Translations under genes and position numbers: made by a program | Notes under the pieces: model-generated | Told to the model about the DNA's origin: nothing | Seen by the model: the letters and a program-made list of their open reading frames with translations, nothing else | Database searches by the model: none | Part shown: positions 15,087-27,637 of the stretch, in pieces | Layout of the letters: every line of letters starts with the position of its first letter | How positions within the stretch are numbered: position 1 is the stretch's first letter | Origin: Dimorphilus gyrociliatus | Taxonomy: Eukaryota; Animalia; Annelida | Assembly: GCA_904063045.1 (NCBI GenBank) | Contig: CAJFCJ010000002.1 | Coordinates: 4,540,475-4,604,474, forward strand | DNA length: 64,000 nt | Reading direction: 5' to 3'

Positions 15087-15161
15087 CCACTAGATGGTGC
15101 TGATTGTCATGACGAAATTTCCTCTTCCGTCATTTAACCACCTATTGGTATAAAATTTGAA
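15087..15161 (+). promoter_or_regulatory. Promoter motifs: CTCF-like CCACTAGATGGTGCT (15087-15101), inverted CCAAT (15144-15148), CHR-like TTTGAA (15156-15161)
   Basis: Direct motif matches about 180-250 bp upstream of the ATG at 15337. Function was not demonstrated. Confidence 0.4.
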
Positions 15162-15336
15162 CTTCTTTGTTTGATTTTACAGTTTTATTGGCGTTTCAAA
15201 CATCTATTCCAAGGTAATAAGTTATAAATTTAAATATTAGATCTATTTATTCATTTAAATTTACTCTATACAGCTGGACTTTACAGCACGCGACGAGAGA
15301 TTTTTAATTTAACCGTTAAGATTGTTTGTGTTTACA

Positions 15337-17309
15337 ATGAATCCCAATTACTCGTTTATCAGGTAATTAATTTTTGAATCTCTTCATTTTATAAACTTCT
15401 ATAAGTAAACTATTGCATTGAGTGAATGATCGCTTAGTTTGTTTATGATTTGTTTAATTTATATTCCATATCTTGAATAATGTGCCAGTCGTCACAAAGT
15501 AGATTGAGGCGTATTTGTTATTTTTATTTTGACTTTTCTACTAACAAATTGATAAAGAGAGAAGATTCTTGATATTAATCCCCATAGACTAATTATCTAA
15601 TGAAAAGATATTTAAAACCTTATTAAATTCTCATCATCCCACAGTAACGCCTCTATGGAATCGTCGATACTCGATGAAACCGATATTTTTTTCGGGCCGG
15701 TTACCGAGAAAGAAAAAAACTTTCGAAGAAAATTCGAAGATAAAGAGCAAAAATTGCAAGACAGAAGAAAAGAGAGAGACCCTAAGGATGACGTCTATTT
15801 TGAAAGACGACGAGTACCCTTGAAAGATTCACAAAAGCCTAATATGAATGAGAGTTTAGAATTCAGCCTCATTGAAGCATTCGGTGACAAGTCAATTTCT
15901 GATGTTGAACGAACATACGAATCTCGTAGATATTCACCCTCGAACGCTCTTAACGATGCACTTGATAGTTCTGCTCTAGAGAATCTTCTCAATAATTCTC
16001 AACACGACAATAATCACAAATTCACAAGTATGGATGATAGCTTTATAGATAGTCGGCGTCCAGTATCACCATTTCTTTTTCGAAACAGTGGTAGAGGACG
16101 ATTTAGGTAAGAACTTATTACAATTGTAACAAAATCTATAATATTACGGTAATATAAGATTTGTTAGCGGTTACGTGATATTCGCTAATGTTAAACTAGG
16201 CTTACTATAATGGTAATGTGCATTCACCTCACTTTAACTATGGAGTTCAACGAGAAACAATTTTGTTTTTATAGGTCACGTGCCATGGTTCAGTTAGATT
16301 TTGAAGAAGACAAGGAAAACGATAAACCGAGTCCTGTAAAATTGAAGGTGGCATCTTGTCAAGATTTGAATCGTCTAGGAAATATCGTTAAACCAATTCC
16401 TATTAAAGCTTCAACGCAATCCGTTGAAAATCTAAGGAAATTCGAGGAGTTATCTTCCGCATTCAAACCGATATCTAGATCCGAAACAAACTTGACTCCT
16501 AAGAAAGAAAGTAAGTTTGTTGACCTAAGAAATGAAATTGTAAAGCAAAGAAGTTGGAACACGAACGGTTCGTTATTTGTATTATAAAGTTAACTAATCG
16601 TTCTTACTAGCCAAGTTAATCAACAGATGTTTACAAAGAGAATCGTTTGTTCTTCGACATGAACTTTATTGAGGATCAGTATACGTACAGGGTAATTTAT
16701 TTTATTGGAATACTGTGATATCTACTTTATTATGAATTCGTTTCATTTACTGTAACAGCAAGAAATGAAAGAGAGAGCCGAGAAAGACATGAGCCATTTG
16801 GATTTATCTATCGGACCAACTAATGTACGTTTTAACTTTAAACTGAAAATTTACTTTCTAATCCGTTCTAGTATAAATTTAAATTACACTAAACATTTCC
16901 TTAGGGCATTCCGTCTCCTATATTGAAAAATAGACCTTATCAAAGGATTCAAGTGGTAACACGTGTGACGCAATTAAATGCAGCTCAGAGCACAAAGTAT
17001 GGCCTCAGTCCAGCAATGAAAGCTGATGAAAGGGTAACAGTTAGAGCTGCCAGAAGAAAAATGGTACCCCATATGAATCAGATGAATACTCCTACGAAAG
17101 CGTCCATCAGAAAATTTGCTCCAATGTCCGAGCCAAAGAAGAAAGCCGATGGCGTTGGTCACCGATTCGCAACTCCACAAACAAAGAGAACTTGCGTAAT
17201 GGGATCCGGAGCAAACCGGTCTTCCAAGTGTCGTATACCAATCAGAAAAACAGATTCTTCAACTAAAGACAAAGAATCGAAGAAGATAAGACAACCTATT
17301 TGGAGATAA
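15337..17309 (+). CDS. Disordered basic Ser/Thr-Pro-rich protein with a GTSE1-like N-terminal motif, multi-exon
   Basis: A 26-nt exon 1 (15337-15362) splices in frame to 15645. Further exons overlap ORFs 15655, 16210 and 16923. Motif DETDIFFGPVTEKE, a KEN box (EEDKEND), and several TP/SP sites including TPKK and TPTK. Confidence 0.7.
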
Positions 17310-17737
17310 ATTGTAACAAATTTATCTCTCATAGAAACCATTTTCACTGGTATATTTAAAACGAAGTAACTTACGTAGAAAGAAATTAAAGAGAAAATTT
17401 AATTTTAGTCAGTCTGGTGAGACATTTGCTATGGCCGATTAGTCAATAAAAGTTTTTTATATGTTTTTTTTTTATACTATTCGTCTATTAAACATGCTTT
17501 TTTCATTATATAAATTTTTTTAATTTTTCATCGATTTTCTTATAAAAACAAAGTAATTTATTTACATTAATATAAGTTTTTTCTTTCTTTTTTTTTTTAA
17601 AAAAACAAACAAAACAGAATAGTAATATGTATTTTACTTTATATTTTTTAAAAAATAGTCATGATACAATTTAAATATTTCCTGTAAATAAATAGTAGAT
17701 AGCACAATCTATCTTAATATCTCCCTTTTCTAGGATA

Positions 17738-20700
17738 ATGACTAGCTCTAGTGAATTAACATCAACTGTTCTATCTTCCAATGCAACTACGACTTTTCGT
17801 ACAACAACATCAGAGAATACCACCAACCTCCAATCAGCTGTTTCTAGCGATGGTACCAATAATTCAGAAATTAGTTATACGGAAACAACTCAAATGACAC
17901 GTAAACCGTCTGTTACATTTTCTGATTATTATCCAGCTCCTCCTCTAAGATCTGCTGAAAGTAGATTAAAATGGTCGAAAAGGCCGAATCACTGGAGAAA
18001 ATGTATTATTTTAGGAATTATAGCATTTTTTTTAATTGGAATATCCCTATTACTTTATAAAATCTCAACAAACAATGACGAAATGACTAAATTTATGGAT
18101 CGAGGTCAATTGCCAAGTAATAATAAGACAAACGTAATTTTAAAAATAGACAATCCTCCAGTTACAGAGCAATATAACTTGTATAATAATTCACATGAAT
18201 ATTCGTATAAAAACATTATAGTACAGACAATTGATCCGTGTTTGAATAATAAAGATGTTAATATTAACAATTTCAAACAAAATCATAAAATAAAAATCCT
18301 TGTTAATTGTAATATAAAGCTAGTAACTTTTGATCAAAAAAATCAAATTAAAATTTTGGGTTTACAATTAAAAGGTCAAGGTAAAAATTCTACAAATATT
18401 GATATTGGAACATTTGTAAAAAATATAATAAAAAGCAGTAATTATGTAAATGAGGTAAGTTTATAATGTTTAACTAATTTCAATATAAATTCTTTTTTAT
18501 ATTGCAGCTAATCATTGAAAATTTAAGATTATCTTCATTCGATTTTTCATTATTATTCAATTGGAACCATGATAGAAAGACAAAACTAAAGTTAATATTT
18601 AGAAACTGCAAAATAGACCGTTTAATTTCTAATAAATTAAATAAAACCAATACTAAATTAATGAATATTGAAGAATTATCTATCGTTAATTGTCAAATAG
18701 ATAATGAAATAATTAAAAATCTACTAATTAATATGCAAATAAACAGATTTAATTTTCTTGGAAATTCAATTCATAAAATTGATTTTAACTTTATGAAAAA
18801 TGTTGATATTCAACATTTCAATTTAGAAATTGATAAGATTATTGAATTTAATAGAATTTCTATGTTTAATATAACGGCAAAAGTTTTATCTTTGAAATTC
18901 TCATTAAAAACTCCTTTTAATGTGACAAAGAATACTCTAGAAAATTTCGCCTTAAGTCATAGAATGAAAAAATACTTAAAAGACTTAAAGCTAATTAATA
19001 TTCATACCAAAGATTTAACAATAAAATATTTTAATGATTATGTTGCCTTGGTAACAATTTATTTAGAGAATATAAGAATATTTACAATATCTGAGAATAC
19101 ATTTGCTAGTAAACAATTAAGAAAAATTGTTATTAGAAATTGTCCTATAAAAATTATCTCTATAAAGTTATTCATTAATAATAAAGATTTGGACGTTGTA
19201 ACTAATGACTACAGGTGAGAAATTCGTTTTCTCTTTTCATATCTTCTTGGCAAACTTATATGTAGACCAAATACGTCTTAATAGATCATTCATTCCTGTA
19301 ATAATCTGATAGATGCAACGAAGGGTATGGCTGCTATTCACAGAATTTAATTTCCAACAAAAAAATTCAAAGAAAATGCGATAAAGATCATTTGCAAATA
19401 TTTATTCACGAATCTTGTAAATTAGACTGTCGATCCAGTTGTTTATCGAACGAGGTCCTTCTTGCGTCAAACGACCCTACAAAAGCCGTTTTAGATAGGA
19501 AAAGTACCTGGTACGAAACGAGAAAGAACTCCTGCTTTCAGGAAGATTTTATTACGTGTTTAGATAAGGATTTTGAAGGCGAAACTCGCAATCTTTCGCC
19601 AATTCTAACTTTTAAGGAGACTGATGAAATAGATAACTGTAAAATTGTTAAAATTGATACTGATTTATGGAAAGAGAATGAACTTATTAGATTAGATTAC
19701 ATAGATTGCAGTCGTCTTATTATAATTGGTAGTAAAAGATTAAAAAATTCAAATTTTAAAGAAATTCGTTTAAGTTTTAAAGGAAGACCTTCAATGACTT
19801 TTAAAGAAATATTTTCAAGAGTAGCATTTAAGAGGGTGTGTTCTTATCCCGTTCTTAAAGTTGCCTCTCTTTACTCTACTGTATCCATTAAAACTCAAGT
19901 AAATTAGGATTTTATAACGTATAAGAATACACCCTTTAAAGGTTATAATTAACAACATGGATATTGATGTTTTAGATTTTGATTGGTTTAAAGATTGGAT
20001 TTTCTCTCGAATTTCTAAAAGGTCTTTAATACTAAACAACTGTAATATTCACCATATAAAAGATAGGCTAAATAATTTTCTGTGGCACAACGTAGAATTT
20101 AAAAGATGCTCATTTAAAGATTCTATTATCACTCTACCAAAAAGCGTCATTCAGCTTGTTTACACAGATATTTCAAATAAAAAACCCATTAAAATTTATG
20201 AAAATTCTATTGGGCGACGAACTGAATTATTAAGAATTAGCGGTGAAAAAAATCAGTTAGACTTTATTGAAAGAGACGCTTTTAAGAACGCCCAGAGCTT
20301 GACGGATTTATTTTTAAACTTGAAAGTTTCAAAAGTGAAAGTTAGTCGCTATTTAAAGAATATAACCTATTGGACAAGTACATTTCTCTTAAATTTAACA
20401 ATCCGTGTAGACTACTTAGGAGATACTGAAGCTAAATCGCTAATTGAATACAGAAAATTGAAACTAATTAACTTGATCAATAGCGATATTGTTATTGTTA
20501 ATAGTTCATGGGTACCAAGGATAGACGCTTTATCCATCGTATTTACAAATAAATGGCCTAGAATTATTCATCTTGCAATATTTGAAAAGCGGCAAAGTTT
20601 ACGAATAGAAGCTTTCAAGGGAATAAACGATAAAGAATTTAGAATAAGTGTTAGAGAAAAATATACGGAAAGAGATGATAAATCTCAAGCTTTAGCTGAA

Positions 20701-21039
20701 TTAGCAGGTATAAACTCTAAAGGGAAAGCTTGCCAATTGAAATGCTCCTCTGAATTTGGAAACAGTAGATCGATTTTCATTTCAAATTTAACAAACACTG
20801 TTCAAAAGTATTATAAAAGCGCTGAGGTTCAGTGCAAAACCCACAGATTTATTGGTTGCCAATATAAGATTGGGAACTTGAGTATAACAACACCAATATT
20901 AACCTACGATGTACTTAGCTTAAATCGATTAATAGACACAACAATTGGTCTTTCTCCAGTAAAAAATTCTGCTTTTAAGGATAATTATTTATTAATTATT
21001 TTAATATCTTTTATATCAGATACTTTGTTATATAGTTAA
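17738..21039 (+). CDS. Membrane protein with degenerate leucine-rich repeats, about 1035 aa, 4 exons
   Basis: Exons 17738-18454, 18508-19214, 19313-19898 and 19942-21039 join in frame. Ser/Thr-rich N-terminus, TM (IILGIIAFFLIGISLLLY), LRR-like units (IEELSIVNCQI, LRKIVIRNCPI, FIERDAFKNAQSLTDLFL), Cys-rich caps and a hydrophobic C-terminus. Confidence 0.7.
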
Positions 21040-21261
21040 AGTAATACGTACAGTATATGCATGCATAATACTTATGTGACTATCGAATATGATAATAGTG
21101 TACTTATTGGGTAATACTTAATTATTTACAGTTAATTATCTTGAATCAATTGTAATTTTCTTCGAAATTATATATATATATATATACTGTACACACCAGT
21201 CTAAGAAGATACATTCATAGCCAGTTCTGTCTTATTCCTTTAGTAAAGAAACCTTAAAAAG

Positions 21262-24200
21262 ATGACTTTCATCTTTTTAATAATATGCTTTCTCTTATAT
21301 AAATATACTTCTGAAAAAGAAACTGTTAACTTTCTCGTTCTGATTCCTGGAAAGTTTCCTCCTATGTCACAACAAGAACAGGATATAACCATAAAAACAA
21401 GTGCAGGCGCAGGTAACTCTTGTTTATGTTCATTTAAATTAAATTGTTATTTACAATTAAATAATAGTTTTCAAATTAAATTTTAGTTGATTTAGCCTTT
21501 GATAACGTGAGAGAAAACATTTTACCATCGTTTGATGTAAAGTATACTATAATTGATACAGATTGTGACCCAGTTGTTGTTTTAGGTTTGTGTATTCTGA
21601 TTTAATAAGATATTGAATAATATTTAGAATTATATTTAAAGGAAAATCTGCGGAAAAATTGTTAAGAGGTAATACTACTGCAATAATTGGACCATACTGC
21701 GAAAAAGTAACTTCATTCATAAATGCTATATGTTCGCAATTAAGAATTCCGTTATATACTGGTTTTACAAAACCTGACCAGTATACTGATAAAAAAAGAT
21801 TTAAGGTGTTTGGTAAAAGTATATAAGTAATTTATTAATACAGTATTTCTCATACACTCGTTCAGTCAATAATTAAAACAAATGTCAACTTCGAGAAACT
21901 GCCTGTGGTTCTCAGCCAGCTTCTGATAAAAATGAAATGGATGAAAATATCTTTAATAGTCGATAAGGCTAATCGACATTACAGCGAAATTACAAAGAAA
22001 ATATCAAACGAAATGAATAATCATGGCATTGAAATTATTGATCTAGTGGAGTATATTCCCAGACCCATAAAGGATTCGTTTTACGTACAAGGCGGTAGGA
22101 GTTAGTATTTAGAAAATATAAAGTTCAAACAGGGAATAAAGCCTCATAAAACAACTTTTTCAGTAATTGTTTTGTGTCTCTCTGCTGGGAGCTTCAGAAA
22201 CTTTGTAAGCTCTTTCAAAAACAGTCGACACAAAGCAAGAGGATACTTTTTCATTGTAATACAAATAGCAAAACAAGCAGTACTCGATACATTTTCCTGG
22301 CAAAGGGTAGGTTTTTTGACAGTATATATACATTATACATATAAAATTTATGTATTAGTTAGTTAATAGTGCTATTTAAAATCTCTTATTAGGTCAAACC
22401 CGAGGACGATTTACTGAAAGATATTTACGAATACATGTTTTTTGTCAGACTCGGTAATTTTCAAAAAAGAGAAACTTATACAAAGTTTAATGAGATGTTG
22501 AAAGAACTATCCTGGAAAAATTACAACTATAGATATGGCGAGAGAGAAAAAGTTGAATGGGCAACTTACTTGTTATACGATTCCGTTATGATATCCGCAC
22601 ACGCTATAAATAGAACGTCAAAGTTAAACTTAAACTATGGAGATGTTTATGATATACGTAGAGGCCTTCATAATTTGGAGATACCGCAAGGTAAAATACT
22701 ATTCGAAGTAAAAATTATTTCATCTTTTTAATTCATTATTATATTAATAGGCCTATCTGGTTATATATATTACAATGACGCTTCAGTGAGATTTCAAGAC
22801 TATAGCGTTTATCACTTTCAACGCGGAAGAGAAGAGGTTTTTGATTTATTCATTTGTTATCAAGTATTATAAATACAGTAGTATTAAGCAATAAGCGTTT
22901 TTGTATTAAAGCTGGTATTTCAATTCTTGGCTATGAATGAATCTCTTATAGAGAAGACCGATATTATATGGGAATCTGGGAAAGTTCCTGCAGATAACTT
23001 TGAAAAATGTGATGATAACTTTGAAATTTGTCCTGATGGTAAACGAAAGTCAAGAATGAGAATATTAGAGATAAATACTCATATATATTATTTTTAGACT
23101 CTCTTTCATCGTCATCACTAATTCTGATTATTTTTGTAACAACATTTCTGGTACTTACCGTAGTTGTTTTCATAATACTCTTTCGGAAGATGAAGTAAGT
23201 ATCTCATCTATTTTAAATAGTAAAGCTTGTTTTTTAAAAAAAATGAAAAACTTAAAGGAAATATAGTCAAGAAAGAAGTTTGTTGAAAGTAAGTTGGAAA
23301 ATAGACAAAAGTGAAATTAAATTCAATAAAGTAAAGAATGATACTCTTTCTTTTTCTAAAGTAAACTTCTTTATATATAATTAAACATTAATAACTAATT
23401 ATTTATATATTTTTATTCATATTTATATGAATTTTTAAGTCTGAGGACAGTTTTGTCGATACTATCTCAGTTAATTCGAAAATTTTGGAAGAGGAAAGTA
23501 GCTACAGACTGGAAACGGGTATTTATCAGGTATTATTTATAGTTTAAATATTTGCTAGTTTGCAGCACCGGCCATGGAGTGTAACTTTGTAATGCAATAT
23601 TCTAGTTCTTCTTCTTTATGACGATTCCACGAGTCTTCCATTCTAATTTCAGAGTAGGTTTCCTTCTTTACGTTCCATTCTCTTCTAAGGTAGTTTTCGG
23701 CTATTGCAATAAAATTATGAAATTTTTCATATTCGATAGAATTCAAACGATCTTTAGAGACTTTCAACCATCTGATGACTGTTGTTTTCTCTTTATCATC
23801 CAATTCAGATTGCGTTCGTTGGAAGACTTTTGCCCAAGTTATCAATTCGCATAGAAAGTATACAAATAGAATACCTATAATTTATAATTTTGTTTATATA
23901 ATTATGCATTGATTTCATTAAATCAAACACAACTCACTTGATTCATCTAATCCAAATCTTTGCATAATATTCAAACGAAACATGTAATAAGATATATCCT
24001 CTTCTTTGTTTAGATAATCGTTCGTTGTTAAAAACATCTTTAATCCATGTACACTTCTATTGAAACTTGAAAATTTTGGCTCTTGTTTTACATAGTCAAC
24101 TACATGAGCGACGAAATAAGTAATACTCTCAATAAAATCTTTAAAAAGGTTTCTTTCGGCCAATTCTTGACAAACATCAGCAAACTCTCTTAATCTGTAA

Positions 24201-26388
24201 ATTCTCAAATAATTTCTTTTCATTTTAAATTGTAATCTATCAAATTCTAAAGCCATATTATCCTTTTTCATTGCAAAATTTTCAATTGATTTCTCTATTG
24301 AATCCAAACAAGAATTTTTTCCATCCACATCCGATTCAAGATAGTTTTCATCCATTGCTTGAATCCTTTCAACTTTCTTCATGTTAAAAACTTTATTAAT
24401 TAGATACGCTTTGACTGTTTTTATACATATCTTAATTAAGCAGTTTATCGGTTCCAGTATGAAAAGATGGCTTTGTTGATGACTTTTTCTCCTTTTAAAG
24501 ATAAAGTTTTCAAGAACATAAAAACAAAACAAAACTATTTAAATATCTTTAATGATGTGTTAATTAAAGATTTTAATTTATTAAAATAATATCAATTAAA
24601 TAGGGTTTGTCCGTAATCTTGAAATCTTCAAAATGGAAAGTTTCTACTAAATTTCTCGATAGAAACTGTCTAGAGAAAATGAAGATTGTAATTTAAATAG
24701 CTCTATAAATAGAATTCTAATTTAAGTTCAATAGCTTTTAGATCTAAATCATTCGAATGTATGCAAATATCTTGGAGTAACGTTAATACGAGGTACTACT
24801 TGGATTGTATATGAATACTGTTCAAAAGGAAGTTTATGTAACTTGTTAACCAATGATAATATAAACCTTGATTGGAATTTCAAATGTTCTCTGGCTTTGG
24901 ATATTATAACAGTAATAATTATCCGTAAGATGTACGCTACTAATTTAAATATTTACTACAGGGACTTTCGTATATACATTCATCACAATTGAAATATCAT
25001 GGAAATATGAAAAGTTCTAATTGTGTAGTTGATGGAAGATTTATTGTTAAATTAACAGATCACACAAATATGTTTAAAACACAGAAGGAAATGCTTAAAA
25101 AGAACTTATGGACTAGTCCGGAACTGTTACGAGAACAGATTCAGTTATCACCAAACTCTAAATCGGATATATATTCATTTGGGATAATTCTTCACGAAAT
25201 TATGTTTAGAGAAGGAGTTTTCAACATTAACACACACAATATGATAGAAGAAGGTGCTTCTTTAAACATTTCTTTGTCATTTACTTTTCTATTTACTACC
25301 TATTGTTCCTTCTCTAGAAATTATTGATAAAATCAAATCGACTACACCTCCTTTCTTTAGACCTATTACTCATTTGAAATCAGACAATCAACTTCCTCAT
25401 TCAATATTATCAATAATGAACGCATGTTGGTCAGAAATCCCTGCATCGAGACCAAAAGCTAACAAAATTAAACTTATTATAAAATCATTGAGGTAAATAA
25501 AGCAATTGAATCATTTTTCATTCTTCTAATAAAACGTCCTTCCAAATTACAGAGGAAATAAGGATATCGTTGAAAATTTACTTAGTAGAATGGAAGTTTA
25601 TGCCAACAACCTTGAATCTTTGGTTGAAGAGAGGACATCTCAATACGTAGAAGCGAAGAAGAAAGCTGAAGATTTACTATATAAATTGTTACCAATGTAA
25701 AATTTGTATTATATTTATATAAACACATTAACAATCAACAGATTTAATATGCTACTCTTCCACTAGACCAATTGCTAAAGAAATCCAAGAGAAAGGCTTC
25801 GCAGCTCCAGTTACTTACGATTGCGTGTCAATATACTTCAGTGATATCGTAAGCTTCACTGTTCTATCTTCGAAGAGTACACCTATTGAAATAGTCAAAC
25901 TTTTAAATGATTTATACACTCTTTTTGATGGAATTATTGAGAAATTTGACGTCTATAAAGTTGAAACGATCGGAGATGCCTACATGGTTGCATCTGGATT
26001 ACCAAAGTTGAATGGGATTATGCACGCTAAAAATATTGCGGAAATGTCATTGAAATTATTATACGCTGTAAAATCCTTCAAAATTCATCACTTATCAACT
26101 GAACAGCTTCTCTTGAGAATAGGATTACATTCTGGATCTTGTGCGGCTGGTGTTGTCGGTCTGACAATGCCCAGATATTGTTTATTTGGTGATACAGTAA
26201 ATACCGCATCTAGAATGGAAAGTAGCGGCTTACCTTTGAAAATTCATCTAAGCGAATCAATCTACGAGATTCTAAAAGAATTTCAATGTTTCATAGTTGA
26301 AGAAAGAGGGATAATGGAGATTAAGGGAAAAGGACAAATGAAAACATATTGGTTAGAGGGTTCAATATCCCAAATTGTCTCTTGTTAA
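21262..26388 (+). CDS. Receptor-type guanylyl cyclase (NPR/GC-like), many short exons
   Basis: Signal peptide, ANF-receptor-like ectodomain exons, TM ([22 protein letters not shown]), kinase-homology domain ([37 protein letters not shown]), coiled-coil, and cyclase domain ([38 protein letters not shown]). Confidence 0.93.
23555..24382 (-). CDS. Nested antisense orphan gene, 2 exons, about 255 aa, unknown function
   Basis: ORFs 23918-24532 and 23555-23845 join in frame via tcaa|gtgagt ... ttatag|gtatt. Likely ATG at 24382. It lies wholly inside host intron 23530-24603. Confidence 0.65.
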
Positions 26389-26590
26389 AAACTTTTAAAC
26401 GTTGTCTAACATGTAAATTTCTTGTTTGCACTAAATTAACCTTGAATGTAAGTTTTTGAACAAGCAACAACATAATTGCAACTTGAATATATGACTGATA
26501 AAAAAATATTCACTACCTGAAATCAGCTTGTTTAAAAGTTTTATAATTTTTATCTTATCTGTAACAAAGAACTAATTATCAGAATTGAAA

Positions 26591-27241
26591 ATGGCAGCCT
26601 GGAAGTGTGTAGTACTAATCAGTTTATATTTACTGCATTTAATTACAAGTCAAAGATCTTTCTGTAGAAACGGCAGAGAAGAGTTAGGAAAATGCGACTG
26701 TAAAGTAAATAACACAGACTACTATAATGGGTCAAAATGTGAAAATGTGATTATATCAGCCAGTAATATTTCTGTAAATACAAGAACGGTTGTTTTTCAA
26801 TGGGAATTTCCTCCTAAACTGAAAGCTTACATTTTCGTCTACTCTCTGACAAAGGATTATGAAACATATCCGGGAAAGTTAAAGATCGACATGAAAGATG
26901 ACGAAAAAAGATTATTGTTATATAGATTAGAATCAGATGAAAAGAATTATCTAGTTTGTATATTGGATAATCTAAACAACCAAGTACGAAACTATACAAG
27001 TGACGCCTTTCTCAGAAAATATAATAACACAGAACGGACGGAATGTACACATATTGTTACTGCTACTAACCAACGTTTAAGAATTTACAATACGATGGCT
27101 ATATTATCATTAAGCTTTTTAGTTTCTGTAGTAGTAATTTTAATTGTTTTTAAAATAGTAAAGAGCGTTCTAGATTCAAAAGCTGATAAACGTAAAGAGT
27201 TGAATGAAGAGAAAAGTATTGAAAAAATGGAAGTAGAATAA
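26591..27241 (+). CDS. Single-exon type I membrane protein: signal peptide, short EGF-like motif, FN3-like domain, TM, short tail
   Basis: MAAWKCVVLISLYLLHLITS signal; CRNG...GKCDC...YNGSKCE; TRTVVFQW...YLVCI...ECTHIVT pattern typical of a membrane-proximal FN3; TM ILSLSFLVSVVVILIVF. Confidence 0.72.
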   Translation: MAAWKCVVLISLYLLHLITSQRSFCRNGREELGKCDCKVNNTDYYNGSKCENVIISASNISVNTRTVVFQWEFPPKLKAYIFVYSLTKDYETYPGKLKIDMKDDEKRLLLYRLESDEKNYLVCILDNLNNQVRNYTSDAFLRKYNNTERTECTHIVTATNQRLRIYNTMAILSLSFLVSVVVILIVFKIVKSVLDSKADKRKELNEEKSIEKMEVE

Positions 27242-27637
27242 AATTGAAATAGGGAAAAGAAATTAACATTTGAACTATTAATTAAGTTATTTTAAGCAAA
27301 ATTAATTTGTTTATGAATATAAAATACCATACGTTTATTTTATATTATACATTCTTATGTGATAAAATATGAAAAAACAATTGTCAATTACTACCAAGTT
27401 TTCAATTTATTGTGAAAAAATAAAGTTGAGAGACTAAAATCAATTGATTATATCTTTTAATCAAATAAACAATAGAGACGAACGTGCCTGATGTTAGTAT
27501 GTGAACTATTTAAATTCGGGTTATTTATTAGTGTAGCCAAGGAAAATATATGACGCGCGTTCTAGTAGGCCTATTTAATAAAATAATCTTCATTCTTTAT
27601 ACTACTGACGTCTAGGAGTTATCTTTCATTTTTATCA

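Noticed and set aside
22964-23173. Minus-strand ORF next to the nested gene
   Set aside because: Antisense to the cyclase TM exon and separated from the nested gene by its stop codon.
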